Positions 60,635 to 64,000 of a stretch of DNA of 64,000 nucleotides are shown here, piece after piece. This DNA comes from Fistulifera solaris (taxonomy: Eukaryota). The translations under genes and the position numbers were made by a program. The notes beneath the pieces were generated by a model. It ran no database searches and was not told where the DNA came from. It saw only the letters and a list, made by a program, of their open reading frames with translations. The stretch is from positions 310,001 through 374,000 of the forward strand of contig AP026127.1 of NCBI GenBank assembly GCA_030295235.1. Reading direction: 5' to 3'. Positions within the stretch are counted from its first letter, which is position 1, and each line of letters begins with the position of its first letter.

Positions 60635-61166
60635 TCACAACCGAGACCTTCTTGGAGGAAATTGATCATCTGTACCATAAAATGTTTTCTCTAATTCATC
60701 TCGCGCATGCCTTTTCAATCGCATGTAAATTGTCTTTTCCACCGACGTCACGACTCGACCCTCTTCGTCCACGATCTCAACGGTGAAGGTTTCGTGGTGT
60801 TTGTCACCCTTGGACGTTTTTCTCACGGATGCGATTCAGTAGACTGTCATCAACATTGAAATCGGCGGTGACGGTTCCTTTCGCCATGGCTATGAACTGG
60901 ATCTGAGTAGCGGCATCAATCACTTGGTAACGATGGCCCAAAAGCTTGGTCAGCATCAGTGCATAGAAGGGGTCACTCATGCTGGCCAAACTTCCTCCAA
61001 AGTGCGAACCAAAAACGTTTGTATTGTAAAATTTCGAGTGCATTTGAACCTGAACATGACGAAAGTCGTGTGCTACTTTGGTCACCCATATCCCTGTTCC
61101 CCAATAAGGTGGATACCACGACATGGTCCACCGAAACACCCTCGGACTTTTGAAAATAAATTGCAT
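60635..61166 (-). CDS. DUF4442/YiiD-like hotdog-fold thioesterase; frameshift near 60820
   Basis: WYPPYWGTGI, NTNVFGSHFGGSLASMSDPFY, IQFIAMAKGTVTADF; continues ...VEIVDEEGRVVTSVEKTIY. Confidence 0.78.
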
Positions 61167-61731
61167 CGGGAAAGACCGTTCTGAAAGTCTCCTCTCGGGG
61201 ACAGTCTACTTATGTTTGCAGGTAGAAAATATACGACCAAGAAATCAATGATCCAACTTAAGATCACCCTGATGTCCGAGGTGCTCTCTATTTTCAGCCA
61301 CTTTTATTAACATGAACAATCACGACATTGACATTCATGTTTCAACAGCAGCTGACCGATCGAACAGGATCGAAGAACATGCGAGAACATTATTCAAAAA
61401 GCATCGAACGTTCGAGAAGGAAATCACGAGTGCCGATGCGAGGAGTGACAAATTGCTAGGGAGATTGCTTCCTTTATACCAAGTAAGCCTCTAATTTTAG
61501 GCTCTTGTAGCCTAGCACTACGAATTTAACTTCAATACTAGCTTTTACGAGAGTCACATTCATGGATGAGCATGGAATTAGGGCTTGCTGAAAAAGGCGA
61601 ATGAAAGGCTTCATCGTCAGTCAGATTGGCTTATTCATCCCAACGACAAAGTTGTGTTCGCTATGTACAAACTTCCACAAGCACCACACATTTCATCCGA
61701 CACTTCCTCCGGTATCACTTCCCCGTTGCTC

Positions 61732-63976
61732 TCAATGACGCTGCAAGCAGATGTTTTGGTGAAGATTGTATAACTGCATCGTGATTCTATGGAGCTTCGT
61801 GAAAGTCCCGACGAAAGAGCAAGGTAATAAAGACCTCCTTTTGCTGGATTTTTCTTTTCTCTTGTTCTCTGGCCTCGGTTTCAATTTCTCCTCGTCCATC
61901 ACGCATCCCGAGTGAACAGCGATGTCATATAAGCTGCCTCTAGTAGCGCAGGGAAAATTTTTGGACATAGGCCGGTATTGAGGAACGTACTGACCTGCTT
62001 TGATCTTGCGTTCGAACGCTTGAATTCGCTTTTCAACAATAGATTCGGACGATATTGAATACATGCCGCCATAACACTGCGAAAGTGCATCACTTTGGTT
62101 TTCAGAGGCGAAAACCAAGGGACGCAACAGGATAGGCACTTTGTACTTGTGCTTTCTAAAACAACGATCATCCAGCTCAGGTAGAGGGAGATCTCCGGAC
62201 ACGGGCTCATTTCCTTCAACTTTCGCTGGGACTGGGCTGGACACCAACTTGGCAGAATACATGACTCTTTGTTTGCTCCCTCCAGGAGAAAGTAAAGGAG
62301 ACACCGCGCGAGGAATTTTCTTCTTGATAATAACATCGATGTCACTAATGTCCTCAATGACCGCATTAGAAGAGGCGCCATCCAAGGAATCAGAGCCACT
62401 CATCCATCCTGATGTATTGGAGTCTGTTGTGAAGTCCATAGAGCTGTCGTCGCAAGCGTTTGAACATCTTTTTCTTAAAATCCCGAATCGATCTACACGG
62501 ACGGATATTCGTTTCACGTCTTTTTTCAATTTCGATGGCTTCAGCGTACCGTGTGTAGTGAGAACTGACTTAAGAAAAGCAATTCGGTCTTCTTGTGAAT
62601 CTTCCGAGCATTGAACCAAAACTACAGAGCCCTTTTCTTCTGGTCGACATTCTGGAATCTTTCCTGCAAATGACCGAGCATGCAAATGAGTAAGCTTGCG
62701 TGCCTTAAGGCTCATTAGCGTCAACCATCGTGAGCTTACCTTTCAAAGTTTTAACATTAGGTACCATCTCCGCGTCTTTCTGCGAGATGAAGTGAATATC
62801 CTCGTCACCATGTTGACTTCGAGCAACATTGTTCTGTCCAGGGAAGTCTGCATCAGGAGTCTTGCTTTCGACAGGTAAGGCAAACGTGACCGACCTCCTT
62901 CGCACTTTTGTGGGAAGTGCGCTACCTCCCGTTACACTTCTAGTTGGCTGTGACCCTACTGGGGAGACTTTTAGCCCGTTTTTCGCTATCTTTTCAGTTT
63001 CTGGCTTTTCCGTCGTCGCTGGACGCCTCATTCCCGAGTCCACAAAACTGCCTATGGGAACAGCGGCAGAGTTGAATAAGCTCCATTGAGGGTAACTATC
63101 CGAATGATCTTCGAAAGACGATGCTGGCTCCAAAAGAAAAGAAGCCGCTGATAATGCCATCTCAGTTTTTCGTCTATCTTTGACAGTGCGTTTGCTTCGT
63201 GAAATGCGTCTACTTGGTCGCGGGGGCTTACTCAATGGTTTGGAAGTTTCTCTCCTCGTATCGTTTGTTTTATGTGACTTAGAGCGATGCCTTGAATATT
63301 TTTCTTTCCTCAGGTGTGATTCTCTCTCCCTTTGTTCTTTCTGTTGCTCATTGCTACGTAATGTTCGATCGTTACTCGCACATTCCATCTTCGCACTTTC
63401 TATTTTCGCAGCAGAGAGTTCATGCGCCGTTAAACCCGTTTCTCGAATAGAAGCCGTGTGTTTGTCGGATCCTGCTGATTTATATGGCGTTTCGCGGTCC
63501 GGAGGGTCCACGACCCTTATAGTTGCCTGAGTAGGAATCGACGAGGGAAACAAGTTGACGTGCCGCGGTTCCACAGCTTCATGAGGGTATGTTTCACATG
63601 CGACTTGTGGCGAGAAAATAGATGTGGGGAGGTTCTCAGAGCAGAGATTTATGTTTGGATCGACAGTTTGAGGGCATTGTTGTTGTGTGTCGGACGAGTC
63701 TTCCAACCAAGATGTCGATAATTCTGGACTGGGCGACTGATCACGTCCCGGAATGACTACACACACATCTTCCTTGATCGAATCTTCAATGTCTTTTAAT
63801 GATGGAGCAGGAGGAATTCTAACAAGTACCGTCGGTTCCTCAGGTAATGGTGTTGTTAATGTCGACGCCGTGGTTTCTTGTGTATTTGCAGTTCGATAGC
63901 TGCCATTGGGAGAAGATGTCAGCCTATTCAGCATACTCCGACGATCCTGAATTTTACTACCAAGTGTTGTTGTCAT
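61732..63976 (-). CDS. Hypothetical Ser/Lys/Arg-rich disordered protein; intron 62664-62739
   Basis: GTAAGC...TTGCAG intron joins ORF 62705-63976 to 61732-62724 in frame (LKG-KIPEC). Confidence 0.62.
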
Positions 63977-64000
63977 GTCAGCGAAACTGAGCGAACTCCT

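Noticed and set aside
342..61166. Programmed ribosomal frameshifting or mass pseudogenisation
   Set aside because: Shifts occur in both directions at ordinary homopolymers with no common slippery or stop context, and coding motifs are otherwise intact. Sequencing error is the simpler explanation.

Overview
Gene-dense eukaryotic nuclear DNA, most consistent with a pennate diatom (Phaeodactylum/Fistulifera-like). Evidence: short GT-AG introns (mostly 67-94 nt), short intergenic spacers, signal-peptide+Phe plastid presequences and diatom-type gene families. The taxon is inferred, not proven. About 30 protein-coding genes can be reconstructed. They include NIP7, an MtnA-MtnK methionine-salvage fusion, two tandem FAR1/WRKY-like zinc-finger genes, a DUF6816 protein, a ~2000-aa protein with a C-terminal GYSQG hydrolase motif, a degenerate CoaX-like/Tudor protein, a TPR-PDZ-ankyrin-FYVE-R-SNARE protein, PA200/Blm10, RUS1, three tandem small membrane-protein paralogues, an aldo-keto reductase, DUF3754, a Zn(II)2Cys6 transcription factor, cyclin H, an LctP-type lactate/glycolate permease, an SLC35F-like transporter, plastid rubredoxin, a 2H phosphoesterase, AIM24, an NYN/Regnase-like RNase and a DUF4442 thioesterase. 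Many genes are broken by single-base indels in homopolymer runs. These are most likely long-read assembly errors, so gene models were stitched by hand. I saw no rRNA, tRNA, CRISPR array or intact transposon. All domain calls are from motif recognition by eye; no searches were run.
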